Shown: positions 33,460 through 43,141 of the stretch, in pieces
Numbering within the stretch: the first letter of the stretch is position 1
How the letters are laid out: the number at the start of each line of letters is the position of its first letter
Assembly (NCBI GenBank): GCA_964483785.1
Contig: CAZACW010000003.1
Location: 20,559 to 84,558 of the forward strand
Direction of reading: 5' to 3'
Source: an uncultured Planctomycetales bacterium
GTDB lineage: Bacteria > Omnitrophota > Gorgyraeia > Zapsychrales > Fredricksoniimonadaceae
DNA length: 64,000 nt
Position numbers and translations under genes: made by a program
Notes under the pieces: model-generated
Seen by the model: only the letters and a program-made list of their open reading frames with translations
What the model was told of the DNA's origin: nothing
The model's database searches: none

Positions 33460-35148
33460 TTAGATGTCTTCGGTGACGCGCAGCACCTCGCTGGGGCTGG
33501 TCAGGCCCGCGGCCACCTTTTCCCAGCCGTGCTGGCGCAGGGTCTTCATCCCGTCGGACACGGCCCGGTGCTTGATTTCCCGGCTGGTGGCGCGCGATGT
33601 AATGAGGCCGCGGATTTTTTCATTCAGGAGTAGAAATTCGCAAATGGCCTGGCGGCCGCTGTAGCCGGTCATGCGGCAGGCCTTGCACCCGGTGGCCTCG
33701 TAGATCAGCGGGTCAACGATGGTGTTGTTCAGGTCGAATTTATATTTGATATTGTCCGTCAGGGTGGTGGCTTTTTTGCACGCGGGGCACAATAGGCGCA
33801 CCAGGCGCTGGGCCAGGAAACACTCGACGGAAGAGGCGATGAGGTAGGGCTCGATGCCGATGTCGATCAGGCGCGTGACCCCCGAGGCGGCGTCATTGGT
33901 GTGCAAGGTGGAAAAGACCAGATGGCCGGTCAAGGACATTTGGATGGAAATCTGGGCGGTCTCAAAATCGCGCACCTCCCCCACCATGATCACGTCCGGA
34001 TCATTGCGCAGGATGGTGCGCAGGGCCGCGGCAAAGGTCAAGCCTATGAGAGGATTGGCCTGCACCTGGATGGCCCCCTGCAGCTGGTATTCAATGGGGT
34101 CTTCCACGGTGATGATCTTGGTGTCCTTGGAGTTGATCGCCGCCAGGCAGGAATAAAGCGTCGTGGTCTTGCCGCTGCCCGTGGGGCCGGTCAAAAAAAT
34201 AATGCCGTGCGGCTTGTTGATCAGGACATTCAGGGTCTTGATCTCATCGCCGGTAATGCCCAATTCTTCAAAATCATAGAGCCTAAAGGCGTTTAACAGG
34301 CGGATCACACAACTTTCCCCGTAGGTGGTCGGCAAAAAGGACACGCGCAAATCCATTTCCGCGCCTTCCACCTTCACCTTGAAACGGCCGTCCTGCGGCA
34401 GTCTTTTCTCGGCGATGTTGAGATTCGAAAGGATCTTGATGCGGGAGATCAGGGCGTCCTTGAAGTAGCGGATGTTTTCCGGGACCTGGGCGTCATATAA
34501 TTCCCCGTCGATGCGGTAGCGGATGCGCAGTTCATGGCCGAAGGGCTCGATATGGATGTCCGTGGCCTGGTCCCGGTGGGCATGGAAGAGGATCTGGTTT
34601 AAAAACTGGCTGATGGAGGCTTCCGATGATGTCCCGTCGATGGTTTCCGTGGCCGGGGCCTCGGCGCTCATCATCTCCTTGTCGGACATCATGCGCTCGA
34701 TGGTCTCGGCGCCAAGCCCATAATGCTCGCGGATGGCTTCGTTGATGTCTTTTTCTTCGGCCAAAACCGGCTGGATGGGTCCGCGGGCCACCATGGCCAG
34801 ATCATCCAGGACATTGAGCTTCCAGGGATTGGTCATGGCCACGGTCAAGAGGCCGTTTTCGAATTTGACGGGAAAGACCTTGTAATGGTTGACTGCCTTG
34901 GCCGGAAGCCGGCTGATGGCCTCGGCCGAAGCTTCGACGGATTTCAAGGATACAAAACCGATGTCGAATTTTTCGGCCAGGAGCGGGAACACCGTTTTTT
35001 CATCGGTGATCAGGCCCATGTGGACCAGGGTCAGGCCTAAGGGCTGGCCGGTTTTTTTTTGTTCTTCCAGGGCTTGCTGCAGCTGTTGGGCGGTGATGAT
35101 CCCTTTTTGGACCAGCAATTCTCCCAATAATTTGTTGCGGTTTGACAT
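33460..35148 (-). CDS. gspE: T2SS ATPase with MshEN-like N-terminus
   Basis: TDIHIEP, EKRLPQDGR, GPTGSGKTTTLY, DPDVIMVGEVRD, tetracysteine motif. Confidence 0.95.
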   Translation of the reverse strand: MSNRNKLLGELLVQKGIITAQQLQQALEEQKKTGQPLGLTLVHMGLITDEKTVFPLLAEKFDIGFVSLKSVEASAEAISRLPAKAVNHYKVFPVKFENGLLTVAMTNPWKLNVLDDLAMVARGPIQPVLAEEKDINEAIREHYGLGAETIERMMSDKEMMSAEAPATETIDGTSSEASISQFLNQILFHAHRDQATDIHIEPFGHELRIRYRIDGELYDAQVPENIRYFKDALISRIKILSNLNIAEKRLPQDGRFKVKVEGAEMDLRVSFLPTTYGESCVIRLLNAFRLYDFEELGITGDEIKTLNVLINKPHGIIFLTGPTGSGKTTTLYSCLAAINSKDTKIITVEDPIEYQLQGAIQVQANPLIGLTFAAALRTILRNDPDVIMVGEVRDFETAQISIQMSLTGHLVFSTLHTNDAASGVTRLIDIGIEPYLIASSVECFLAQRLVRLLCPACKKATTLTDNIKYKFDLNNTIVDPLIYEATGCKACRMTGYSGRQAICEFLLLNEKIRGLITSRATSREIKHRAVSDGMKTLRQHGWEKVAAGLTSPSEVLRVTEDI

Positions 35149-35162
35149 AGGTTCACCGGTCT

Positions 35163-36746
35163 TTAAGGCACCGGGGTGGTGGATTCATCTCTGGGGAAGG
35201 GGTCGTAATAGGTCTTGTTGCCTTTGATGGTCGGAGTTGTTTCCATGTATTCCTGGGGGCTGATATGCACGTCCCCGTTGATGATATGCGGCGTTAAAAA
35301 GATCACGATTTCCGTTTTTTTCATGTTACGGTTTTCCGTGTTAAAGGCCTTGCCCAAAAACGGCAAGTCGCCCAAGACCGGGATCTTGGTCTTATTGTTG
35401 ACCAGCTCATCGGTCATCAGCCCGCCGATGATGATGGTGATCCCGTTTTTGATGCGCACCGTGGTCTGCACCTCGGAGGTGTCCACGATGGGGATCACCG
35501 TGCCGTCAGAGGCCGTGAAAGGCTTAGGCTCCTCATTGGAGATCTCCGGCTTGATCTTCATGGTGATGTAGCCGTCATCGTGGATGGTCGGCGTCACGTG
35601 CAATTTCACGCCGGTATCGATAAAGTTGACGGCCTCCGCCGTGGTGGAGGCCCCTTGCGCCGGGGTCGTGGTGGTGCTGGTCGTATAGGGAATGGTGGTC
35701 CCGATTAAAATGCTGGCTTCCTGGTTGTTGACCACGGCCAGGCGCGGATCAGAAAGGGTGCGGGACTTGCCAAAGGTGTCTAAGGCCTGCAGGAGCATGT
35801 AATACGAGGTCGCGTTGAGCGTCCCGATGGAGGCTGTGCCCACTCCGGTGGTGATATTGCCCGGGATGGGGAAATTGCTGATCAAGGTCAGATTGGTGTC
35901 TCCGGTCACATGATGCAGGACTTTTTCCCAGTTGATGCCCATTTGGTACTGGTCGCCCAGGGTGATCTGCACGATCTTGGCTTCAATGAACACTTCCTTG
36001 TCGTTTTTGTCAATGGCCCTGATCATGGTGCCGATTTCCTCAATTTTAGGCGGAATGTCCATGACCACCAGGGTGTTGGAGCGGGCGTCGAATTCAATGC
36101 TGCCCACGTCCTTAGTCAGCATGGGCCCGATGGTCTTGGCCAATTCCTCGGCCTTGGCGTAATTGATGTTAAAGACCTTGGTCTTTAACGGGATGTCGAT
36201 TTGGTGGATATATTTCATGATGTCCACCAGCTTGCTGTCCGCAACGTCCTCGACGATGATGCTGTTGGATTTGCTGTCCGCGATCACCTTGCCGCTGAGG
36301 CTTTTGATTTGAGTGAGCACAGCCACCACGTCCGCGGCCTTGGCCGACTGCAGGGAAACGATGGTGCTTTGCATGTTGACCCCGAATTTATGGCCGGTGG
36401 CCTGCTCATAATCCGCGGCCGTCATGATCTGGGTCACCCCATGGCTCTCGATATAGGCTAAGTCATTGGCCTTAAGGATAATTGTCAGCGCATCATGCAC
36501 GTCCACATTCTGCAGGAAGATGGTCACCCGGCCGGTGATGCTTTTGCCGGCGATGATGTTTAAGCCTGACTTGGAGGACAAAAGCTTAAGCACATCATTG
36601 ATGTCCATGTCCTTGATTTCCAGGGTGTCCAACATGGCAGGCTTTTGCAATTCTTCCTGGGCCAAGCCCCCGGAGGGGACAAAACAGACGCCCCCTGCCA
36701 GAAGCAGGAAAGCAGACAAGGCTGCAGAGCGCATGGAGATGCTCAT
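35163..36746 (-). CDS. gspD: Secretin (GspD/PilQ family)
   Basis: Signal peptide, N-domains, VFIEAKIV, GVKL.VTP.I, IIIGGL, KIPVLGDLPFLG..F, IVIFLTPHI. Confidence 0.93.
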   Translation of the reverse strand: MSISMRSAALSAFLLLAGGVCFVPSGGLAQEELQKPAMLDTLEIKDMDINDVLKLLSSKSGLNIIAGKSITGRVTIFLQNVDVHDALTIILKANDLAYIESHGVTQIMTAADYEQATGHKFGVNMQSTIVSLQSAKAADVVAVLTQIKSLSGKVIADSKSNSIIVEDVADSKLVDIMKYIHQIDIPLKTKVFNINYAKAEELAKTIGPMLTKDVGSIEFDARSNTLVVMDIPPKIEEIGTMIRAIDKNDKEVFIEAKIVQITLGDQYQMGINWEKVLHHVTGDTNLTLISNFPIPGNITTGVGTASIGTLNATSYYMLLQALDTFGKSRTLSDPRLAVVNNQEASILIGTTIPYTTSTTTTPAQGASTTAEAVNFIDTGVKLHVTPTIHDDGYITMKIKPEISNEEPKPFTASDGTVIPIVDTSEVQTTVRIKNGITIIIGGLMTDELVNNKTKIPVLGDLPFLGKAFNTENRNMKKTEIVIFLTPHIINGDVHISPQEYMETTPTIKGNKTYYDPFPRDESTTPVP

Positions 36747-37237
36747 GGATTTTTACTTACAGGCAAACGGATCTCCTGTCCTTGATAATTGATGATCATG
36801 ACCTTGCTATCGGCGCTGACGATCTTGATCCCGTCCTGCGGGTGGTCCTGGTCGATGAAAAAGGTCTGTTTGGCAAAAGCGTCCTCAACGATAAGCTGCG
36901 GCTCCTGCGCAATGACAATGCCGACCACCTTCAAATGGGCCGGAAGCTCTCCTTTGGGCGTATTTTCGATCATGCCCGACGGGCTGACATAGCTCAAGGA
37001 AAAGATGTCCCTGGGCTGGACCGCCGGGAGCGCCTCATTGGCCTTCATCTCCAGCAAGGGCGTGGACAAAGCCAGGCCCTCTTCTTTGGAGGCGGCTGCA
37101 TGATGATCTTCGGCGTTCACAGTTTCATGCCCTTTGACGGTCCAAAAAAAGGCCAAATAGGCACAACAGCCCAAGGTCAAGGCCATGGACAGCCGTTGGA
37201 CCCATTGAATCATCGGCCATGCTATGCGGGGATTCAT
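36743..37237 (-). CDS. GspC/PilP-like protein
   Basis: N-terminal TM, RDIF motif, LKVVGIV HR-like domain; first gene of the T2SS operon. Confidence 0.6.
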   Translation of the reverse strand: MNPRIAWPMIQWVQRLSMALTLGCCAYLAFFWTVKGHETVNAEDHHAAASKEEGLALSTPLLEMKANEALPAVQPRDIFSLSYVSPSGMIENTPKGELPAHLKVVGIVIAQEPQLIVEDAFAKQTFFIDQDHPQDGIKIVSADSKVMIINYQGQEIRLPVSKNP

Positions 37238-37314
37238 ATCTTTTTTTTAATTATACTCTTTAAATTTTATTTCAAAAGGAAAAGATAAACTTTTTGGGAG
37301 GCTTGCACCCTCTT

Positions 37315-37348
37315 TTAAGGAAGCAGGGGTGGGGCCCTGCTTCCTTAA
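37315..37348. terminator. 14-bp stem hairpin after the 1110-aa gene
   Basis: TTAAGGAAGCAGGG-gtgggg-CCCTGCTTCCTTAA. No U-tract on the minus strand, so either a weak terminator or an mRNA stabiliser. Confidence 0.5.
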
Positions 37349-37360
37349 GGTGTTCAGCAA

Positions 37361-40300
37361 TTACTTCACTACAATTTTATTGCCGTTGGACATCGTTGTC
37401 CATCCGGAGCTGTCCGTGGCCTTGGCGCTGATGCTATAGGTCCCTGGACGGACATTGTACCAGACCATCTTATAAGAAGGGCCGCTGTAGGCAGATCCTA
37501 AATACAGCCATCCATTGGCATAATAATCCACCTTGGCAATATAGCCGCCATGGGCTGTTACGCTTGAGCTCAAGGACAAATTGCTGTAGGCCCTGACCGT
37601 GGCATTATTGGCCGGACTCAGCATGGAGACGCTGGGCGCCATGTGCGCATTCACAGTGATGTTCACTGCGGGTGCGAAGAACACATTGCCGTTGGTATCC
37701 GTGGCCTTGGCCGTAATGCTGTAGGTGCCGGCCTGGGCTGAGTTCCAATTCACGTTATAGGGGCTGCTGGTGGCCTCGCCCAAATAAATGGAACCCGCAT
37801 AATAATCGACCCTGGCTGGCGCGCTGTCCGTCACATTGGCCGTTAAGATGATGTTGGACGGTATGGTGAAGGAAGCGTTGTTAAGCGCAGCTGTAATGAC
37901 GATGGTCGGCGCGACAACAGGCGCTGTTACCGTAATGCTGACAGCGGCTGAAGTAACGCTGACTCCGCCATTGTCCGTGGCGATAGCCGTTAAGCTGTAG
38001 CTGCCGGCTGTTGGATTCTGCCATGACAAGGCAAAGGGGCTGGCTGTGGCCGTGCCCAGCAGGCTTGACCCGCTGTAAAAAGCCACCTTGGAGATGATGC
38101 CGTTATTTTCAGAAGCTGAAGCGGCCAGGTTGATCGCAGAACCTGCCGTAAAATGACTTCCTCCGGCCGGGCTGGTGATGGAGACCTGCGGCAAAGACGG
38201 GACCACAGGCACCACGGGCGCAGCTTTGACCGTGACGGTCACCGGCACAGATGAAGCGGTCATGCCGTTGGCGTCCTGGGTCTGGGCCGTGAAGGTATAG
38301 GGCCCGGCCTGGATATTAGTATTGATGAAGTTTAAGGAATTACCGTTGGCTGAATTCAACAGAACGCCTGCCCCGTTAAAAAGGGAGACCTTGGCAATGC
38401 TTCCGTTGGCCTCTGAAGCCGCGGCTGTGACCGTGACATTATCGCCGGCTGTAAAGCTGCTGCCATCGGCCGGGCTGGTGATGGCCACGGTCGGCAAAGA
38501 AGGAAGCAGCGGCGGTGCGGTCACTGTCACCGTCACCGGCGCGGATGTTGCCAAAATGCCGTTGGCATCCGTGGCCGTAGCGGTCAAGGCATAACTGCCC
38601 GCAGCGATATTGTTCATGACCATGCTATAAGAAGAAAGCCCGCTGGATCCAAGCAGGGCTGTTCCATTGTAGATGGAGATATTGGTAATGGTCCCATTGG
38701 CTTCGGAAGCGGAAGCTGTGATGGTCAGATTGGTCCCGGCGGTGATGGAAGAGCCGCTGACCGGACTGGTGATGGCCACGGTCGGTGTTGCCAGGACACT
38801 GCCGCTGCAGATCCCGTTGGAACACATGACGCTTAAGCATTCTGCATTAAAAAAGCAGGTGCCGCCGTTGGCGACCAGGGAACCGTGCTGATAGGCGCCG
38901 ATGTCCCATGAAGTCCCGCGGGCATTGTTATTGTAATCATTGGATGTTCCGTTTAACGTGATGACCCCGGCCGTACCGATCAAGGGGCTGTTGGCCGTGG
39001 GATAAAACTGGTCTGCCAGGCCGGTGCCGGTATATACAAAGGAACTGTTGAGATTGAAATTGCCGCTGACGCCGGCATTGGCCGGATTGCTGCAGATATC
39101 ATGACTGCCGGCGCAATCCTGGGGATCATAAACATGATAGACCAGATTATTATTTTCAACCACGTGGGCGCAGCTGCCCGCGTCATTTTCCCAGAACCTG
39201 GTTTGCTGGGCATCGCCGTTGGTGTAATCCGGCGCGCCGATGACTAAGCTGTTGTTGACATTCAGGGCCACATTGCCGCCGCCGCACCAGGATGTGGTCA
39301 GCTCAATATTGGTGCCGCCGTTGGAATACAGCGTTGAGTTGGACACATTAAAGGAAGTGGTGGTATTGGGCACGGCAAAGACCAGGCCGTCGCCGGCTGC
39401 GCGGCAGAAATCATGGCCGTTGACCGGCGGGCAATTGCCGTAAGAATCGCAGACTGCCGTAAAACTCTGGCCCTGGAAGAAATTGCAGTCATTGATGATC
39501 TGGGAATTTTCAATGTTCACCGCGCCGTAGTTCAGCTTCAATTGCTGGCTTTCATTGCCTTCGGCCCTGACACGGTAGGCATTGAAGGTCCCGGTGCCGT
39601 TGCAATGCAGATTATCGATGCCTCCCTTGGTGTTATAGGAGACATTGGTATTGCTCATGTTCACCAAATTGCAGATTCCGCTGCCGGCTTCCATGCCCCA
39701 GCCGTCGGCCAGGATAGAGCCGTTGCTGCTGCTGTCATCAGCGCAATCGTGATAATTTAAGGTGTCAAAGGGATTGCTCGAATGCAGCGGATACACCGAA
39801 CCGCAGCCGTTAAAGACAATGGTCTCGCCATTGACCGTGGTGGTGCCGGCCAAGCTCATGGTCCCGCTGTTGCTGATATTCTGGCCCAGGCCCACCCCGC
39901 CGGCCCCGTTGCCGTTGATGATATTATTGGTTTCCGTAAAATTGCTTAAATTTCCGGTTGTGACCCCCCAATAGGACATGCCGTGGATCCAGTTGTTTTG
40001 CAAGTTGATATTGGAGCCGGTCAAGCTGACACCGGTAAGGCCGTAATTGCCGTAAGGTGAGGAAAATCCATTGTTGGGCTTATGGCAGGCGTTGGGAAAG
40101 CCGTTGATCGAGCCTGCAGGATTGGCGCCGTTGGTAACGCAGGATGAATGCTGGGTGATTTCCAGGTTATTGATGACCGTGTTAGCGCTGTTATTGTCAT
40201 TCAGGACCTGGACCACTTGTTCACGTCCCCACAGTTGCGGCCTGTGCGCGCCAATGCCGATCACTGAAGCATTGGACGGTATATTGGCCATGGTGCAGTT

Positions 40301-40693
40301 TTCAGGCACAGGTGCGTAACAATTACTGCCGTTGGTGGGGGTGATCACTCCGGTCACGTCCAGACCAATGGGATACTGGGCCTGGGTGCCGGGATTCATA
40401 TCGCTGTCGCCCACTATATAAAGGGTGTCCCCGTCTGCCATGACGCCTGGACGGTCGCAGGTGTTCCAGCCGGTATTACCGCAGCCGGCCCCCAGCACAT
40501 ACATGGGATTGGACAAGGCGCAGGGTTGATTCAAGCCGCTTCCAGGATAAACTGCATTGGTGGTTCCAGTGCATTGGACAGGTGTTCCGCCGCCGTCTCT
40601 TACGTACCAGGTTGCTGCGGAGGCGTTCACTGCACCCATAGCCCAGAAGCCCAAGACCATTGTGATGCTGATTGCCAAATTTGTTTTTTTCAT
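37361..40693 (-). CDS. Secreted Cys-rich right-handed beta-helix protein with 5 bacterial Ig-like repeats
   Basis: Signal peptide (ASA|A), WYVRDGGG..CTG, Asn/Gly-rich beta-helix repeats, DIGAYQ, five P.V.ITSP...G.Y..TA.ATD repeats. Confidence 0.85.
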   Translation of the reverse strand: MKKTNLAISITMVLGFWAMGAVNASAATWYVRDGGGTPVQCTGTTNAVYPGSGLNQPCALSNPMYVLGAGCGNTGWNTCDRPGVMADGDTLYIVGDSDMNPGTQAQYPIGLDVTGVITPTNGSNCYAPVPENCTMANIPSNASVIGIGAHRPQLWGREQVVQVLNDNNSANTVINNLEITQHSSCVTNGANPAGSINGFPNACHKPNNGFSSPYGNYGLTGVSLTGSNINLQNNWIHGMSYWGVTTGNLSNFTETNNIINGNGAGGVGLGQNISNSGTMSLAGTTTVNGETIVFNGCGSVYPLHSSNPFDTLNYHDCADDSSSNGSILADGWGMEAGSGICNLVNMSNTNVSYNTKGGIDNLHCNGTGTFNAYRVRAEGNESQQLKLNYGAVNIENSQIINDCNFFQGQSFTAVCDSYGNCPPVNGHDFCRAAGDGLVFAVPNTTTSFNVSNSTLYSNGGTNIELTTSWCGGGNVALNVNNSLVIGAPDYTNGDAQQTRFWENDAGSCAHVVENNNLVYHVYDPQDCAGSHDICSNPANAGVSGNFNLNSSFVYTGTGLADQFYPTANSPLIGTAGVITLNGTSNDYNNNARGTSWDIGAYQHGSLVANGGTCFFNAECLSVMCSNGICSGSVLATPTVAITSPVSGSSITAGTNLTITASASEANGTITNISIYNGTALLGSSGLSSYSMVMNNIAAGSYALTATATDANGILATSAPVTVTVTAPPLLPSLPTVAITSPADGSSFTAGDNVTVTAAASEANGSIAKVSLFNGAGVLLNSANGNSLNFINTNIQAGPYTFTAQTQDANGMTASSVPVTVTVKAAPVVPVVPSLPQVSITSPAGGSHFTAGSAINLAASASENNGIISKVAFYSGSSLLGTATASPFALSWQNPTAGSYSLTAIATDNGGVSVTSAAVSITVTAPVVAPTIVITAALNNASFTIPSNIILTANVTDSAPARVDYYAGSIYLGEATSSPYNVNWNSAQAGTYSITAKATDTNGNVFFAPAVNITVNAHMAPSVSMLSPANNATVRAYSNLSLSSSVTAHGGYIAKVDYYANGWLYLGSAYSGPSYKMVWYNVRPGTYSISAKATDSSGWTTMSNGNKIVVK

Positions 40694-40725
40694 AACCCAC
40701 CTCGCCGTTGGGGCATTACATTAAA

Positions 40726-40769
40726 TTAAAAAACCTATTCCTCGTTTGCACAAAGAATAGGTTTTTTAA
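40726..40769 (-). terminator. Intrinsic terminator (riboswitch expression platform)
   Basis: Minus strand AAAAAACCTATTC...GAATAGGTTTTTT, between the aptamer and the CDS. Confidence 0.8.
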
Positions 40770-40775
40770 TGGTGA

Positions 40776-40868
40776 ATATGGCAACTGGCTACCTGTCCGG
40801 GCTACGGCCCGGGGTAAGGCCCTATAGCTTTGTGCCCCACCCTTTCGGGTGGTTTACCTTTTACATAT
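40776..40868 (-). ncRNA. Cyclic di-GMP-I (GEMM) riboswitch
   Basis: Minus strand ATATGTAAAAGGTAAACCACCCGAAAGGGTGGGGCACAAAGCTATAGGGCCT...GGTAGCCAGTTGCCATAT, with GAAA tetraloop, P1 ATATG/CATAT and G at the G20-equivalent position. Confidence 0.92.
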
Positions 40869-40876
40869 CTAAGCGA

Positions 40877-40905
40877 AGCATAACACGTAATTCTTGTGTT
40901 GTCAA
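40877..40905 (-). promoter_or_regulatory. Sigma70 promoter for the riboswitch leader
   Basis: TTGACA-N17-TATGCT. The predicted start (~40870) coincides with the 5' end of the aptamer. Confidence 0.8.
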
Positions 40906-41062
40906 GTTTACTAAAAATCAAATATAATTTGATATTAGGTATATTATTTGCCTAATAATCAAAGTATATTTTTGCGGTCAAGATTAAAAAGATCGATGTC
41001 AAATTCGACAGAAACAGGTTTTTATCCTAAAAAATTATTGTAAACCTTAGATAGATATTGAA

Positions 41063-43129
41063 TTAAGATTGTGGTGAAGAGGATTTGGCAGGAGGCAGTT
41101 TTTGGTCGGAAACGGTTATCAGCACAGGTTTTGAGACAGTTGTCCTGCCTTCCGTGTCCGTGGCTGTGGCGATAATGGAATAGGTCCCTAAAGCGACTTT
41201 TTCAGCCATATATTCATAGGGAAGCCGGCTGACCGTTCCCAAAAGATTCATTCCATTGTAATAAAAATTGACATGGGCAATGGTGCCGTTGATCTCTGAA
41301 GCAGCGGCTATAATGGCCACGTTCGACCCGGCCGGGAACATCGTATCTTTAACCGGCCTGGTGATAACGATTTCAGGATTATATTTAATCTGGGGCAAGG
41401 CCGCAGCCGGCTTGCCGCTGGTGATATTCTTGGACAAAGCGTTGAACGGATTGTTTTTAAGGCCAAGCAGGCTGTTGGCTGATGTTCCTTGATAATAGGT
41501 ATCTGCCCTGCCCCCTGCCTGGCCCATGGGTATTTTATCGGCAAAATCAGGTTTTTTGCCGCATGCGTTTAAAAATCCGCTGCAGCCGTGATTATTGTTT
41601 CTGGTGTGGTACACCGTATTGCCCAGCTGGTCCCATTTCAGGTTTCCACAGCTTCCTGCGCCATCGCCGTTGCTTCCCGCATTGTAAATATAGCTGGTCA
41701 AGGCATTGCCGCCGGCGCTGTTGAAGGAAGTATCATCGATCCAGGCATAGCCGCCCAGCACCACATTATTTTTCAAAGATATGGAGGTGGAACCGTCACA
41801 GCCGCTGCCGTTAATATCCGATGATTCCAAGCTTATATTCCCATTGCTTAAAATCGTGTTATTTTCCAAAGAGGTATGGCTGTGATTGGTCACGTTAAAG
41901 ACCACTGCGTCTCCCAGGGCCCGGCAAATGTCCCCGCCTTTAAAACCCGGCGAAGAGACCGCAGCGCCCAGCCACCAGCCGCAATCACCGATTACAACAC
42001 TGTTGGTCATGCGGGAGTTTAAGGCATTCATCTTCACCTGATTGCCGGCATTGCCCTCAAAGAGCATCTTGTCAATGAAGATGTTCCCGTCCCCATTGCC
42101 GTGCAGGGTGTCTAAGCCGTCCTGGGTGTTAAAACTGATGGAGCCTGGGCCCTGGATGCTCCAGTTGCCCGCTCCTCCGTGTCCCACATTGCCGAAGGCC
42201 AGGCCGTCCCCGTAACCGCTTTGGTTTTGGCCGAAACAATCCGTGAGATTGGAAGGGCTGTCCATCACCAGATCATTATTTAAGGGATAGGACTCGACAC
42301 AGCCGTTGTATTCGATCACCGGCTGATCAAAGGTCAAGGTGCCGGAAATCACGGCATTGGTCCCGGTCGTAAATCCGCCATATCCGTTGCCGATGATCCT
42401 CAAGCGCGTAAAGACAGCACTGCCTAAATTGTCCGTGTTGATGCCGTAGCGCCCCATCCCATGCACATAGACATCAATGATATGGACATCATCCCCTCCT
42501 ATATTTAATCCATCCAGCGCCCAGGGTCCGTAGGGATAAGGGCCGTCGTAATTACAGCCTTTGTCCGGGGAATTATAAGCGCAGCTGGCGTGGTCGGTGA
42601 TGTCCAGATTTTGAAGCACAAGATGGTTGTTGTTGGCATTGAGGATTTGCCATAATCTTTGCGTGCCCCATAATTGCGGCTTGTGCTGGCCCGTGCCGAT
42701 GATGGAGCTGGGCTGTAAAGCGCTAAGGCCGGCAGGCAGATTGCCCAGGGTGCAGTCATAGGGGTAGGACTCGGCACATCCCGGCGTCGCGTTATTCTCC
42801 CCGTCATCATATCCGATTTCATATTGGGCCTGGCCTCCGTTTGCCGGATCATCGCCGCTGATGTACAAGGTGTCCCCCGCATGCATCACACCGGCATTGG
42901 CGCAATTGTTTCCGGCATTGCCGCAGCCCCAGCCTAAGGCATAGCGCGGATGATTAAAGGCGCAGTCAACAGCACTGCCGGAGCCGGGATAGGCTGCATC
43001 CGCTGTGCCGGAGCATTCTTCCGGCGTCCCCCCATCCGGGCGGACATAATAGGCCGCGGCCAGGGCAAGGGTCTGGGAAAACACGGCCAGACCGAGAAAC
43101 AGGATGAATATGAAAATGGGTTTGTTCAT
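41063..43129 (-). CDS. Secreted beta-helix paralog with 1 Ig-like repeat
   Basis: Signal peptide, YYVRPDGG..CSG..AYPGSG, PQLWG, EGN..NQVK, CRA.GD, one C-terminal Ig repeat. Confidence 0.85.
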   Translation of the reverse strand: MNKPIFIFILFLGLAVFSQTLALAAAYYVRPDGGTPEECSGTADAAYPGSGSAVDCAFNHPRYALGWGCGNAGNNCANAGVMHAGDTLYISGDDPANGGQAQYEIGYDDGENNATPGCAESYPYDCTLGNLPAGLSALQPSSIIGTGQHKPQLWGTQRLWQILNANNNHLVLQNLDITDHASCAYNSPDKGCNYDGPYPYGPWALDGLNIGGDDVHIIDVYVHGMGRYGINTDNLGSAVFTRLRIIGNGYGGFTTGTNAVISGTLTFDQPVIEYNGCVESYPLNNDLVMDSPSNLTDCFGQNQSGYGDGLAFGNVGHGGAGNWSIQGPGSISFNTQDGLDTLHGNGDGNIFIDKMLFEGNAGNQVKMNALNSRMTNSVVIGDCGWWLGAAVSSPGFKGGDICRALGDAVVFNVTNHSHTSLENNTILSNGNISLESSDINGSGCDGSTSISLKNNVVLGGYAWIDDTSFNSAGGNALTSYIYNAGSNGDGAGSCGNLKWDQLGNTVYHTRNNNHGCSGFLNACGKKPDFADKIPMGQAGGRADTYYQGTSANSLLGLKNNPFNALSKNITSGKPAAALPQIKYNPEIVITRPVKDTMFPAGSNVAIIAAASEINGTIAHVNFYYNGMNLLGTVSRLPYEYMAEKVALGTYSIIATATDTEGRTTVSKPVLITVSDQKLPPAKSSSPQS

Positions 43130-43141
43130 GATTTGGAGAAT

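Noticed and set aside
27276-37237. Type IV pilus rather than T2SS
   Set aside because: A canonical GspG C-terminus and GspK are present, and there is no PilT or PilA-type pilin in the cluster.
40776-40868. Possible c-AMP-GMP (GEMM-Ib) variant
   Set aside because: The discriminating position (Vc2 G20 equivalent) is G, which fits c-di-GMP.
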